From: Candidatus Borrarchaeum weybense
Lineage (GTDB): Archaea; Asgardarchaeota; Sifarchaeia; Borrarchaeales; Borrarchaeaceae
NCBI GenBank assembly: GCA_019057385.1
Contig: JAHQJS010000006.1
Coordinates: forward strand, 677,038 to 741,037
DNA length: 64,000 bases
Direction: 5' to 3'
Below are positions 29,656 to 39,578 of the stretch, piece by piece. Numbering within the stretch: position 1 is the stretch's first letter; every line of letters starts with the position of its first letter. A model generated the notes under the pieces. That model was not told the origin of the DNA and did not search any database. It saw only the letters and a list, made by a program, of their open reading frames with translations. A program made the translations under genes and the position numbers.

Positions 29656-30411
29656 CTATAATTGCTTAAATGCGATAAATATTTGATCCATAACAGCGAT
29701 TTCAATTCCTTCTTCAGTGACTCTCATGTACTGCTTCAATATGTCCGCTGTTTCCTCTCTATTCTTAATTGACAATCCTCTCTTCTCAAAAAAATCAAGG
29801 GCATTATCAATAGTCTTGAAGTACAAAGCATTTGTCACAACAGTAGTGAAGTCTACGAGAAGGTCAATTGATTTCAATTTTTCTATGAGAAATTTCTCGG
29901 TTATTACAGGTCTCTTTTTTCCTTTGAGGTGATCACGTAATTGATTAAATGGAGAATTTGGCGTGATTGTGACAATAACTATTTTTCCAGTACCATTACG
30001 GAGAACTCGACTCGTTTCTCTAAGAGTTAGGTCGAAATCTTCATTTCTAGCAAGGTGAATCGAAAAATAGAAAGTTTGGCAGTCTATACAGTCTGAAATG
30101 AGAGGTAAATACTTCATATCTGCACAAATAGTGTGGATTTCTTTACTTTTTGCTCTTAGGTGTTTTAACATTTTGTCAGATATGTCTATACCAACGTATT
30201 CTCCCTTTATTTTATTCTTATTCAATAACTTCTGCAAAGCGATTATACTATTACCAGTCCCAGTTCCCACGTCGCAAATCTTTTGATTTTGTCCTAAGTT
30301 CAAATGATTGAACAGAATTTTGCTATTCTTATTTTTTTCTTCTAAATGCTCATCGAAGGAATCGTATATGGCAGAATAATCATCAAACCATTTCTTGAAG
30401 TCTTTGCTCAT
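29656..30411 (-). CDS. Class I SAM-dependent methyltransferase
   Basis: ICDVGTGTG, GIDISDKML, ADMKYLP. Confidence 0.88.
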   Translation of the reverse strand: MSKDFKKWFDDYSAIYDSFDEHLEEKNKNSKILFNHLNLGQNQKICDVGTGTGNSIIALQKLLNKNKIKGEYVGIDISDKMLKHLRAKSKEIHTICADMKYLPLISDCIDCQTFYFSIHLARNEDFDLTLRETSRVLRNGTGKIVIVTITPNSPFNQLRDHLKGKKRPVITEKFLIEKLKSIDLLVDFTTVVTNALYFKTIDNALDFFEKRGLSIKNREETADILKQYMRVTEEGIEIAVMDQIFIAFKQL

Positions 30412-30472
30412 TTTTCTCCCAGCAAATATTGTTTGTTTTTATATGATATATTAGAAAACATTGTAAGGTGAT

Positions 30473-31141
30473 TCACCTTAACGCTTTGATAATATCTTCA
30501 GCAGTTAAAACCTTTGCAAATCCCTTCCTTAATACTTTCAATTCAGGTTCTTGCATTTCTGGATCATCTGTTGATGTTACATCACTCCCGAATATCACTT
30601 TGAAACTTCTTTCATATGCCTGCCGTGCTGTAGTTCCACAACAATAATTCGTCAAAGTCCCACAGATTATTACTGTATCTTTTTCCAGATTTTTCAATAT
30701 TGTTTCTAAAGCTGTATCATAGAAAGCTCCATATGATGACTTCTTAATTACAATTTCATGCTCCCGTGGGGCAAGTTCATGCCAAACACGTCCTTCCACA
30801 TAAAATAATGACCAATCTATGTCCAACTCGGAATATCGTCCTGGCATAAATTTTCCAGTTTTAGGACGATCTAAGTAATGATGTGTCCTAGAATATACAG
30901 TATAAATAATAGGGATATTTTTATTCCTACAATGTTCAATTAGACTTTTGATAAGAGGAACTTGCCTAGTAGCCTCTGGCACCCAATCTGGTGACCAATG
31001 AGGTTTCACAAATTCATCTTGCATGTCAATAACTAGTAAGGCGCATTTCTCAGGTATGATCTCAAATTTTGCATTTCCTTCGTTGTATGCTTTTCTGGCT
31101 AAATTAAGCACATCATTTTCAGTGAAATCTCCTATTTTCAT
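30473..31141 (-). CDS. Isochorismatase/cysteine hydrolase family protein
   Basis: ALLVIDMQ, KSSYGAFYDT, GTLTNYCCGTTAR. Confidence 0.9.
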   Translation of the reverse strand: MKIGDFTENDVLNLARKAYNEGNAKFEIIPEKCALLVIDMQDEFVKPHWSPDWVPEATRQVPLIKSLIEHCRNKNIPIIYTVYSRTHHYLDRPKTGKFMPGRYSELDIDWSLFYVEGRVWHELAPREHEIVIKKSSYGAFYDTALETILKNLEKDTVIICGTLTNYCCGTTARQAYERSFKVIFGSDVTSTDDPEMQEPELKVLRKGFAKVLTAEDIIKALR

Positions 31142-31162
31142 TCTTAATCACTTCTGTTTAAA

Positions 31163-31219
31163 GAAACTATCATAAATTGCGAAGTAACTATCAAACCATT
31201 TCTTGAAATTTCAGCTCAA
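31163..31219 (-). pseudogene. Degenerate copy of the 5' end of the methyltransferase gene
   Basis: Translates LS*NFKKWFDSYFAIYDSF versus MSKDFKKWFDDYSAIYDSF of 30411. Confidence 0.7.
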
Positions 31220-31404
31220 TATTCTCCTCAGAAATCTATTAATTTCAGTTATAATTTGCTATCAGAAGTAGTGGTATGCCTATTTATATTCACATATTTA
31301 TTTTGCAGAATAATGCAAGGCACTAAAATAGTATCATAGAGTCCTAGTGATAGTTCTTAGTAACGAGTGTCGAAAAATAGAAAAAAGAAACAGATTAAGG
31401 TAAG

Positions 31405-32925
31405 TCAGAACATCAGCGTACCTTTGGAGCGGGCGTATTGGAGATAATCCATTTCTTTTCTACCTTTGATTTGGTCCCTTACTGGGATTGTACGCTCCCT
31501 TTTTTCGAGTAATACATCTGTTGTTATCCAGGCAGACGCGTCACTACCTGCACCTGAACCATATGAAACAAGTAAGATTTTCTCGTTATCTTGCGCAATG
31601 TCTAAAGTGGATGCAAATCCGAGTGGACTAGATCCAGAATACAGATTTCCACACTTCGTTACCATTAGTCCCGGCTTAAGTTGCTCTATTTCAAATCCTA
31701 ATTTAGTACCGACACGAATTGGAAATTTACCATTTGGTTGATGAAAGACAACATAATCAAAGTCCTTAGGAGTCATTTCTAGATCATTCATTATTTTCTC
31801 AGCGGCACCCATTACGTGCTTGAAATACGAGGGATCTCCTGTAAACCGTCCACCATGACTTGGAAATTTCTCAAATTCGCGTCTCCAGAAATCTGGTGTA
31901 TCAGTTAAATATGATGCAAATCCAAATGGTTCTGCAATGACATCAGTCTTGCCAAAAATAAGAGTAACTCCACCTTCTCCAACGCTGTAGTCAAGTGGAT
32001 CACCAGGTCTAGCTTGGGCTTTATCTGCTCCAATGACCATTGTATATTCATGTGTTTTACTTGTGAGTTCGTCATTAACTAGTGCTATTGCGTCTGGAAT
32101 CGCATCAGTTGCAGCTTTACACGCAAATTCACGGTCACTGCCACCGACGTAAGGTATTGCGCCAATAGCTTCAGCAACAATAGTGGTTGTTGGTTTAACT
32201 GCATAAGGCGGTGATTCAGAACCGACCCATATACGATCAATCTTTTGTGGATCAATTCCTGCGTGATTAAGTGCCCTTCGTGCTGATTCGACCGAATATG
32301 TACCTGTATCCTCGTCCAAATTGCCAACACCTTTTTCCTCAAGTGCTAATCCTCTTTTATACGTCTCTGCATTGGTTCCAAAGGTGGTTGCTATCTGTTC
32401 TACAGTAACTTTGTATTTTGGAAGATAAACGCCATACCCCACAAGCCCTGCTTTATGGGAGATTTTTCTCGGAACATATGTACTATATTCTTTGAATAGT
32501 GATGATTGGAAAGGCCTGAATTTCATTCCGTACTCAATAACGCCATCGTCACCCTGTTCTGTGATTCTTCTGAAAACGGGTTCAACTGGCATTCCTATAA
32601 TGTCATTGACGATGTCAATTTCATCGCTTGTGATCTCAAAATCCGTAATCATAGTGGGTATTTTATATCCATCCATTTCCACGACAGCTGATATATAAGG
32701 TTCATATCCTGTGTGAGTTGTTGCAGGATGTCGAATAACAGTAGCAGAAAAAACATTGGCACTATGACCGTTTTCTATAAGGCTAATATCTTTTAATTGA
32801 TTATTATTTCCACATTTTGGACAAATCTTACGCTTTGGGAAATATTTTCCATTGCAAGCGTCACAATAACTTGCAATAAGTCTATAACGTGCTGCAATGC
32901 TCCTGTGGACGTACGGAACACTCAA
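31405..32925 (-). CDS. Fusion of DUF35 (Zn-ribbon/OB-fold) and archaeal HMG-CoA synthase
   Basis: N-term RYRLIASYCDACNGKYFPKRKICPKC..VEPVFRRI..YGMKFRP; C-term GSESPPYAVKP, FACKAAT, FHQPNGKFP, GNLYSG, SYGSGAG. Confidence 0.92.
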   Translation of the reverse strand: MSVPYVHRSIAARYRLIASYCDACNGKYFPKRKICPKCGNNNQLKDISLIENGHSANVFSATVIRHPATTHTGYEPYISAVVEMDGYKIPTMITDFEITSDEIDIVNDIIGMPVEPVFRRITEQGDDGVIEYGMKFRPFQSSLFKEYSTYVPRKISHKAGLVGYGVYLPKYKVTVEQIATTFGTNAETYKRGLALEEKGVGNLDEDTGTYSVESARRALNHAGIDPQKIDRIWVGSESPPYAVKPTTTIVAEAIGAIPYVGGSDREFACKAATDAIPDAIALVNDELTSKTHEYTMVIGADKAQARPGDPLDYSVGEGGVTLIFGKTDVIAEPFGFASYLTDTPDFWRREFEKFPSHGGRFTGDPSYFKHVMGAAEKIMNDLEMTPKDFDYVVFHQPNGKFPIRVGTKLGFEIEQLKPGLMVTKCGNLYSGSSPLGFASTLDIAQDNEKILLVSYGSGAGSDASAWITTDVLLEKRERTIPVRDQIKGRKEMDYLQYARSKGTLMF

Positions 32926-32964
32926 TTTTCATAACCTCCAGATGCCTGTGCTGCTCGTTTCTTC

Positions 32965-34179
32965 TTAAATTTGTAGCACATGAACACTACCTACACCACC
33001 AGTGCCACCGATATTATGTGCTACGCCCGTTAAGAGATCGGTGTCTAAATCAACTTGTTTTTTGCCAGCAATACCTAGAAGCTGTTCCCAAATTTCACAG
33101 ATTTGTCTCGAACCTGTTGCACCAACTGGATGTCCATCTGCTTTTAGTCCACCACCGCAGTTTACAACGATCTCTCCAGATTCAGTTGGATATATGATAT
33201 GTTTACTTCCCTTGAACGAATCTACAGCTTCTCCAATAAATGGACCGCCTTCTCCTTTTTCAACAAATTTCAAATCTTCAAGGGCAGTGATCTCTTCAAT
33301 TGTGAAGCAATCATGAACTTCTAGAATATCAACATCTTTTTGTATAATTTTGGCTTCTTTGAATGCTTGTTGGGCCGAAAATCTTGTGGCAGCTAAACCT
33401 GTAAAATCGTTACGGCTAAAGAACGAAAGTGCATCTGTAGCTGCGCCAGCACCTGTAACATAAACTGGTGTTTCAGTATATTTTTTCGCTATCTCTGGTT
33501 TACACAAAATTATTGAGGAAGCCCCATCAGAAACTGGTGAACAATCCAGCAAACGAACAGGATCTGCAATTAAAGGAGACTTCAATACTGATTCAATTTT
33601 GATCGGAAAGGGATATTGTGCTTTATCATTATTAACTGCATGCTGATGATTTTTTACAGCAACCATGGCAAGTTGTTCGCGCGTAGTTCCATATTCGTAC
33701 ATATGACGTGCCATAAGTGTCGCATAAAGTCCTGGAAAGGTATTCCCATAAAATCTTTCCCAATCTGAGGCAGCAGAAGCTAAAGCATCTGTAACAATTT
33801 CACCGCGATCTGTCATTTTTTCAACGCCACAGACTGCTACAACATCAAATTTTCCAGATTTAATGCCCAAACATGCATTATAGAGAGCCAGTCCACTAGA
33901 AGCACAGGCACCCTCAAGACGGAATATGGGAATATGTGTTCCGAAGTTTTGCGCAAGTTCCCCAGCAACTAATCCTTGATCGACAATCTTTTCTGAAATA
34001 AAGTTGCCGACATACATCGACTCAATGTCTTTGAACTCAATGTTACCGTTTGTTGAATTAAGTGATTCAAGAAGTGATTCTAGCATTAGATCACTCATAG
34101 AATCTTCCCAGAGCTCTGAAAACTTAGTTCTGCCGCACGAAACAATTGCAGCATAAGCTCTATCCTGTATTTCTGTCAT
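32965..34179 (-). CDS. Acetyl-CoA acetyltransferase (archaeal thiolase)
   Basis: EGACASSG, DCSPVSDGA, EVHDCFT, GGLKADGHPVGATG, HNIGG. Confidence 0.93.
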   Translation of the reverse strand: MTEIQDRAYAAIVSCGRTKFSELWEDSMSDLMLESLLESLNSTNGNIEFKDIESMYVGNFISEKIVDQGLVAGELAQNFGTHIPIFRLEGACASSGLALYNACLGIKSGKFDVVAVCGVEKMTDRGEIVTDALASAASDWERFYGNTFPGLYATLMARHMYEYGTTREQLAMVAVKNHQHAVNNDKAQYPFPIKIESVLKSPLIADPVRLLDCSPVSDGASSIILCKPEIAKKYTETPVYVTGAGAATDALSFFSRNDFTGLAATRFSAQQAFKEAKIIQKDVDILEVHDCFTIEEITALEDLKFVEKGEGGPFIGEAVDSFKGSKHIIYPTESGEIVVNCGGGLKADGHPVGATGSRQICEIWEQLLGIAGKKQVDLDTDLLTGVAHNIGGTGGVGSVHVLQI

Positions 34180-34496
34180 TTTTTCAATTCACCTTGTTTT
34201 CAATTCTAGTTAACGTTTGGAATGAGATTTTGAGTCTTAGGAGTAACCTCAAAAACTGTTTATGAAGTCACATTTTTGTTGATTGAAACATCATTCATAT
34301 TTGAAATAAATCTCTATCAAAGATTATAGTTCAAAAATAGTTAAAATAAACGCAAATAGTTAGCATACCTATTTATTTTGATTCTTAATCAGTACCTCAA
34401 AAACCCTTTATAAATGTATATTTTCCGCAGCTGAAACATCAGTTATTTTTGAAAAAAAATTTTAATATTTTTTTTTGCTCGATAATGAAGTATTAC

Positions 34497-34815
34497 GAGT
34501 AGCTAAGCAAGAAAGCACCACCGCATCAGCGTGGTGATGAATGGCGGTAATGTGCGTTCACTTTCATCACGTGCTTCGAGGGGTCTCCCTCAAGTTATAT
34601 AGGTAGTATGAGGAGGTATCAATAACAATTGGAGGGATCATACGCACACTTGCCAACAAGGTACAGACTCCGATTCGATTGCCTCACCATCGTTAGCCGT
34701 ACCTACGGGGCGTAGGGATGTTAAGCCTGTGGAGATAAGACCTCCGTAACCCGCCAGGGGATCGAGTCTGTCGTAGAAGCAGGAAGCCTCGATGCTTTCG
34801 CATGAGGTAGCTCAC
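34497..34815 (+). mobile_element. Non-autonomous IS200/IS605 element (LE + omegaRNA-like RE), copy 1
   Basis: Preceded by TTAC; LE AAAG+hairpin CACCAC..GTGGTG; RE GAAG+hairpin CCTCG..TGAGG ending TCAC; close copy at 54991. Confidence 0.85.
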
Positions 34816-34848
34816 TCAAAGATGTTTTTGATGAGGCAAACCTATTTC

Positions 34849-36288
34849 TTAAGATTTTAAAGTGTCAAAAGTCGAGTAAGCTCTTCTTGCCCCAAGATAT
34901 TGAACAGAATGTGAGGCATACCTCATCGCAAGCCGAACAGCATTATACAAATCATTATTTTCGAGCAATCCTTTGATGAGCGCTGCAGCAAATGCATCTC
35001 CCGCGCCAGTAGTGTCCACAGCATCTACTTTTTTAGCAGGAATATTAAATTTTTTCTCACGTTGATATACTGTACATCCATGTATGCCTTGAGTGATGAT
35101 GACTGTTGAGCAACCATAATCTAATAAATCGTTAGCGGTTCTGAGTTTTCCATTTGAGGATGATTCTAATAGTTCCCAACCCTTCTTATTCATAAGAAGG
35201 TAGTTTGTATTTTTTAAAATAGGTTCTAAGGACTCAACTCCCAGTTTCAAATATACTGTTGATGGGCGATAGACTACCAGCTTATGGTAATTTTGTCCAT
35301 AACTAGAAATCACGGCACTCACTTCCCGAAACATATCACCAATATAAAGACATCTTGCGCTTTTCAATAACCCCCAATCAATCTCCTCAGGAGAGTTGAT
35401 GGATAAAGCAATGTCTTCTCCATATGGAACAATTATCCGTTTTTCTCCGTTTAAATCAACAAAAACCAGTGGTTCAGGGGCTTTTTTATCAGGTTCTATT
35501 TTAAGATTAGAAATATCAACACCTTCACGAATAAACTCTTTGATGAGAAGTAAACTGTTGAAATCTCCTCCTAGTTTTCCTACAAAACTTGTTTGGATTC
35601 CAAGCTTGGATAAAGCTACAGACACATTTGCTGCAGAGCCTCCTGGCAATCTATATATCTCATCTGAGATGACTAATTCATCAACATCTGGAAATCCTGA
35701 TTTGATCAATATATCCATGGCTGCAGAACCGAAAACAACGACATCTGGAGCAATTTTTGGTGCTTGAATTAATTGAATACTAAGCTGTGCAACTATTTTG
35801 TGGAAAATATAATGAAGTTGTTCTAACTCAAATCCTTGCTCAAAGGACAATCGTAAAGCGCTGTCTAGGTACATTTGAAATAGGTCTTCAAATGCATTCT
35901 TAATTGAACTTCTTGACATTTCATGTCCTGTAAGGAGCAAAGATAGTGTTTTTCCCATTCTTGTAGGGACATAACAAAGCAATCGACGTCCATCGATTTC
36001 CCTGTATTCGGATTTTAAAAGTTGTGACATCTCAAAGAGTTTTAATTTTTGGATGATAGTTTTATTCGAATGACCCTTTTCTTCCGAATCTACCTTCTTC
36101 TTTAGGCGCTCAATAACATCTTTCTGAATTAGGCATACTTCATTTCCTAACTCTCTAAATAGTCTGATGCCGAGCTCAGAGCCAAATACATTTTTCAAAA
36201 TAGCGCTGAGTTCCTTAGAATCGATCGGTAGCAGCAAAATGTAGGGAAACACGTTTTTATGTGATTCATTCTCATTTTCTTCCCTCAT
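34849..36288 (-). CDS. N-terminal HTH domain fused to PfkB/ribokinase-family kinase
   Basis: PGGSAANVSVALSKLG and DTTGAGDAF signatures; N-terminal SNKTIIQKLKLFE winged-helix-like segment. Confidence 0.85.
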   Translation of the reverse strand: MREENENESHKNVFPYILLLPIDSKELSAILKNVFGSELGIRLFRELGNEVCLIQKDVIERLKKKVDSEEKGHSNKTIIQKLKLFEMSQLLKSEYREIDGRRLLCYVPTRMGKTLSLLLTGHEMSRSSIKNAFEDLFQMYLDSALRLSFEQGFELEQLHYIFHKIVAQLSIQLIQAPKIAPDVVVFGSAAMDILIKSGFPDVDELVISDEIYRLPGGSAANVSVALSKLGIQTSFVGKLGGDFNSLLLIKEFIREGVDISNLKIEPDKKAPEPLVFVDLNGEKRIIVPYGEDIALSINSPEEIDWGLLKSARCLYIGDMFREVSAVISSYGQNYHKLVVYRPSTVYLKLGVESLEPILKNTNYLLMNKKGWELLESSSNGKLRTANDLLDYGCSTVIITQGIHGCTVYQREKKFNIPAKKVDAVDTTGAGDAFAAALIKGLLENNDLYNAVRLAMRYASHSVQYLGARRAYSTFDTLKS

Positions 36289-36441
36289 ACTAGTTTGCCT
36301 CCAAATATAGGAGCGGAAAAATGCACTCTGTTGTTCTTAATATGTTTTTAGAGTGTTGTAGCGCCTTTTTTTCTCAATCGAATGATAAAGATTATAAATG
36401 GATTATTAGAGACTATATTTGTGTTCTAAGTGAAACATAAG

Positions 36442-36476
36442 TGTTACTAAGGACACTCGTAGTGTTAATTATTACA
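36442..36476. promoter_or_regulatory. Pair of TGT-N8-ACA palindromes (candidate operators)
   Basis: TGT-tactaagg-ACA (36442) and TGT-taattatt-ACA (36463), 21 bp apart, downstream of AAAGATTATAAA BRE/TATA-like sequence. Confidence 0.4.
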
Positions 36477-36513
36477 TAAATTAGACTATTTAAAATTTTG
36501 GTGGAACTAACCA

Positions 36514-37284
36514 ATGAAACGATCACAAGGACTTATTCCAAAAGATTCATTCAGCTGGGCACTTGTTGCAATCCTTGCAGCACTTCATATTATTCTATCC
36601 GTTGTTCCTATCTTTCCGATAATTACTCCGTTTGGTGCTGGGTCGATTGCGGCTTCTGCTATTACTGTTCCGCTTTTTGGAATCATCTTGGGACCCATCC
36701 TTGGTCCGATCGCAGCACTAATTGGCGGTATCATAGGTAGTTTTTTGAACCCTGGAGCAAGTGCTGTTTTTCTCGGCTTCGGTTTTATTCCTGGAGTTGT
36801 TGGTGCATTCATTGCTGGTTTACTAGCGAAAAAAAGATTATATCCCTATTCAGCGTACCTTGCCTGCGTTATTTACGCCGCTCTAGTACTTGGTTTTCTA
36901 TTCTTTCCTCCAAATAGACCTTTTGCTTTGTTTCTTACTTTCCTTTGGCTTCATCTCATTCTTTTATGTGTTTTGACTATAACTGTTCTTATACCACCAA
37001 TTCGGAGACGAATACTTGAGAGTGAGATCCCTTGGATATGGGTGTTTTTCATAGCTTTTAGTAGCACAATGAGCGACCAAATTACAGGTAGCTTTTTCGT
37101 TCAAGCTATAAGTGCACCAATTCTTTTTGGAGGGTATCTGCCAGCAGAAATATGGATCCTTGTCGCCTTTATCTATCCTATAGAACGAATAATCGTTGGA
37201 ATAGCTACTACAATAATTGGCGTTGTGGTTATACGGGCTCTCAGAGAGATCGGTTTTTCTACAGATCAACAATCGATAACTTAG
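36514..37284 (+). CDS. ECF transporter S component-like membrane protein
   Basis: AILAAL..PLFGIILGPILGPIAALIGGIIG, YPIER; hydrophobic. Confidence 0.7.
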   Translation: MKRSQGLIPKDSFSWALVAILAALHIILSVVPIFPIITPFGAGSIAASAITVPLFGIILGPILGPIAALIGGIIGSFLNPGASAVFLGFGFIPGVVGAFIAGLLAKKRLYPYSAYLACVIYAALVLGFLFFPPNRPFALFLTFLWLHLILLCVLTITVLIPPIRRRILESEIPWIWVFFIAFSSTMSDQITGSFFVQAISAPILFGGYLPAEIWILVAFIYPIERIIVGIATTIIGVVVIRALREIGFSTDQQSIT

Positions 37285-37319
37285 TTCTTTACCCATTTTT
37301 TTAGGAGCAAATATAGGAA

Positions 37320-38375
37320 ATGAACTCAATTAAAGCGATTGAAGGGTATTTCGTTGAAACTAAAGAATCCCTAATTTTCGATGTGAAAGGTGTTTTACAT
37401 CCCATGGACCGTATCATTGCATTTGTCAGATATTATCCATCGCCAAAAGGAACACGAATAAGAAATGGTATTAGATTTTCGAAAATTTACAAACTTAATG
37501 ATCGGTTTGAGTTTTTAAAAAAACATTACCCACATTATCTCTTCCCAAATCATTATAATGGTAATTTCCTTCAAGGAATTTTTCATAAAGATATAAAAAA
37601 GATCTATAATCCTACTGAAACCGTACAACGTCTTTTAACCAAACCTACTCTTTCTAATCTAGAAAAAGAAAGTATGTCTTTTGTCGAGACTCTTAGCGAA
37701 GGTACATCAAACAATTCTATAGGAATCTCTGGTTCTTTAATGGTCGGATTACATACACGAAAATCTGATATGGATATCGTAGTTTATGGTATGGATGCTT
37801 CCTACAAAGTTCATAAGTGTTTAACTGAGCTAATGGATGAAAGAAAACACAATGTGCGTCCTATGACAATTGATGAGTTGCAGGATCTCCACTTTTTCAG
37901 AAATCAACAAACAGAGTCGGCTTTTTCAACTTTTGTACAGCTAGAAAAGAGAAAACATATTTCAGGTATGTACAACAATCGAGAGTTTTTTATGCGCTTT
38001 GTAAAAACTCCTTCTGAAATAGATGAGAAATACGAAGATTGTCGTTACAAAAAAGTTGGCTTTGCAGTGGTGAAAGGTAGAGTTGCTGATGATTCTGAAG
38101 CTATCTTCACACCATGCAAATACTTATTAGAAGACACAAAAACTATTGATGGCGTCCAGGTAAAAGATATTCGTGAGATAATTTCATTTAGAGGGCGATT
38201 TTGTGAGCAGGCCCAAAAAGGAGAGACAATTGTTGCCTGTGGAAAAATTGAAAAAGTAATAAGAAAAGATGGAACTGAATGGTATCAAATGGTACTTGGA
38301 GAACGTCGGGATGATTATTTCATGCCGATTAAGTTCTTTAAACCTAAGCCCAAGCCTATCGGTGTAATTTCATGA
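37320..38375 (+). CDS. Predicted nucleotidyltransferase (pol beta superfamily), paralog 1
   Basis: VKGVLHPMDRIIAFVRY; GISGSLMVGLHTRKSDMDIVVYG; C-terminal OB-like region. Confidence 0.8.
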   Translation: MNSIKAIEGYFVETKESLIFDVKGVLHPMDRIIAFVRYYPSPKGTRIRNGIRFSKIYKLNDRFEFLKKHYPHYLFPNHYNGNFLQGIFHKDIKKIYNPTETVQRLLTKPTLSNLEKESMSFVETLSEGTSNNSIGISGSLMVGLHTRKSDMDIVVYGMDASYKVHKCLTELMDERKHNVRPMTIDELQDLHFFRNQQTESAFSTFVQLEKRKHISGMYNNREFFMRFVKTPSEIDEKYEDCRYKKVGFAVVKGRVADDSEAIFTPCKYLLEDTKTIDGVQVKDIREIISFRGRFCEQAQKGETIVACGKIEKVIRKDGTEWYQMVLGERRDDYFMPIKFFKPKPKPIGVIS

Positions 38376-39445
38376 ACTTATTTTCAAATCGGGCCTATTT
38401 TGCTGACAGAGATTTTATTCGGACGAAAGAAGGTTTCTTTTGGGTTGTAGTAGGATATACACATCCACCAAATCGTATTATCGCTTACCTTAAATATATC
38501 CCTAGCTCAACTTCTGGAAAATGGAAGGACGGAACAACACCTCTAGAAAGAGTGCTTCCATATTATTCTGCAACAACCGTTGGTGATACATTTGGTTTTT
38601 TACGGCAAGAATATCCCGATTATCTCTTTTTCTGTCCAGTAAATCAGATTGAGATGTCTACTGTTCCTTATAATAAAATTGATAAGTATTATATCCCCGA
38701 GGAAAAACTCCAGAGTTTATTAAAGAAGAACTCTTTAGACAGTCTCCAAAAAAAGGCAGTAGACTTAATAAAACAGTTATCTCGCCGAAGTGGTGTCCCT
38801 TTAACATCATTTGGAATTATTGGTTCAATTCTTCTTGATATTCATAATCCTGCTTTTTCTGATATTGATGTTACTGTATATGGATCAAAGAATGCTCATA
38901 AGGTAAAAAATAAATTGCTAGAATTAACAAAAGCAGCTGGTCCTTTTTCAAAAATGTCAACTGAGTTTTTAAAAAACTGGTGCGAATCAAGAGCACAAGT
39001 ACTTCCATTAGATGCGAATGAATTAGAAAAAATCTTCCATAGAAGATGGAATATTGGCACATTTGAGCAAACTCGCTATTCTATTCATCCTATCAGAACC
39101 AAAGAAGAAATTCGTGAACAATATGGGGACGCAAAATACGAACCATATGGGTTTGTTAAGATTAAAGCACAAATAACAGATAATTCAGAGGCGGTATATC
39201 TTCCATGCAAATATAAACTCTCTAATGTAGAAATACTAGAAGGTTTAAAGACTTTAGAAGGCGACACCACTGTTGAAGAACTTGTTTCATATGAGGGGTT
39301 GTATTGTGACCTCGCGAAAAAAAACGAAAACGTTCTCGCTTTTGGAAAGCTAGAAAAAGTGACTTACAGAAATAAAGAAGCATTCAGGGTTTTGATCGGC
39401 TCAATAGATGCACACTCTAAAGATTACATAATTCCACTTGTTTAG
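38372..39445 (+). CDS. Predicted nucleotidyltransferase (pol beta superfamily), paralog 2
   Basis: VVGYTHPPNRIIAYLKY; GIIGSILLDIHNPAFSDIDVTVYG; ATGA overlap with paralog 1. Confidence 0.8.
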   Translation: MNLFSNRAYFADRDFIRTKEGFFWVVVGYTHPPNRIIAYLKYIPSSTSGKWKDGTTPLERVLPYYSATTVGDTFGFLRQEYPDYLFFCPVNQIEMSTVPYNKIDKYYIPEEKLQSLLKKNSLDSLQKKAVDLIKQLSRRSGVPLTSFGIIGSILLDIHNPAFSDIDVTVYGSKNAHKVKNKLLELTKAAGPFSKMSTEFLKNWCESRAQVLPLDANELEKIFHRRWNIGTFEQTRYSIHPIRTKEEIREQYGDAKYEPYGFVKIKAQITDNSEAVYLPCKYKLSNVEILEGLKTLEGDTTVEELVSYEGLYCDLAKKNENVLAFGKLEKVTYRNKEAFRVLIGSIDAHSKDYIIPLV

Positions 39446-39578
39446 AACATCAAAAAAAAGGCTTTCCATACCGAATTCTGTTTAAGAATTTCACCAAAAG
39501 ACTTTTCATTAGGTTTGAAAAAATTTTCATTAGGACTTACCATTTCTAATTTTAAGCTTATAACGGCTGGTAGAAACG

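Noticed and set aside
31211-31213. In-frame TGA as Sec in the methyltransferase relic
   Set aside because: Aligns to Lys, no downstream ORF or SECIS; simple decay.
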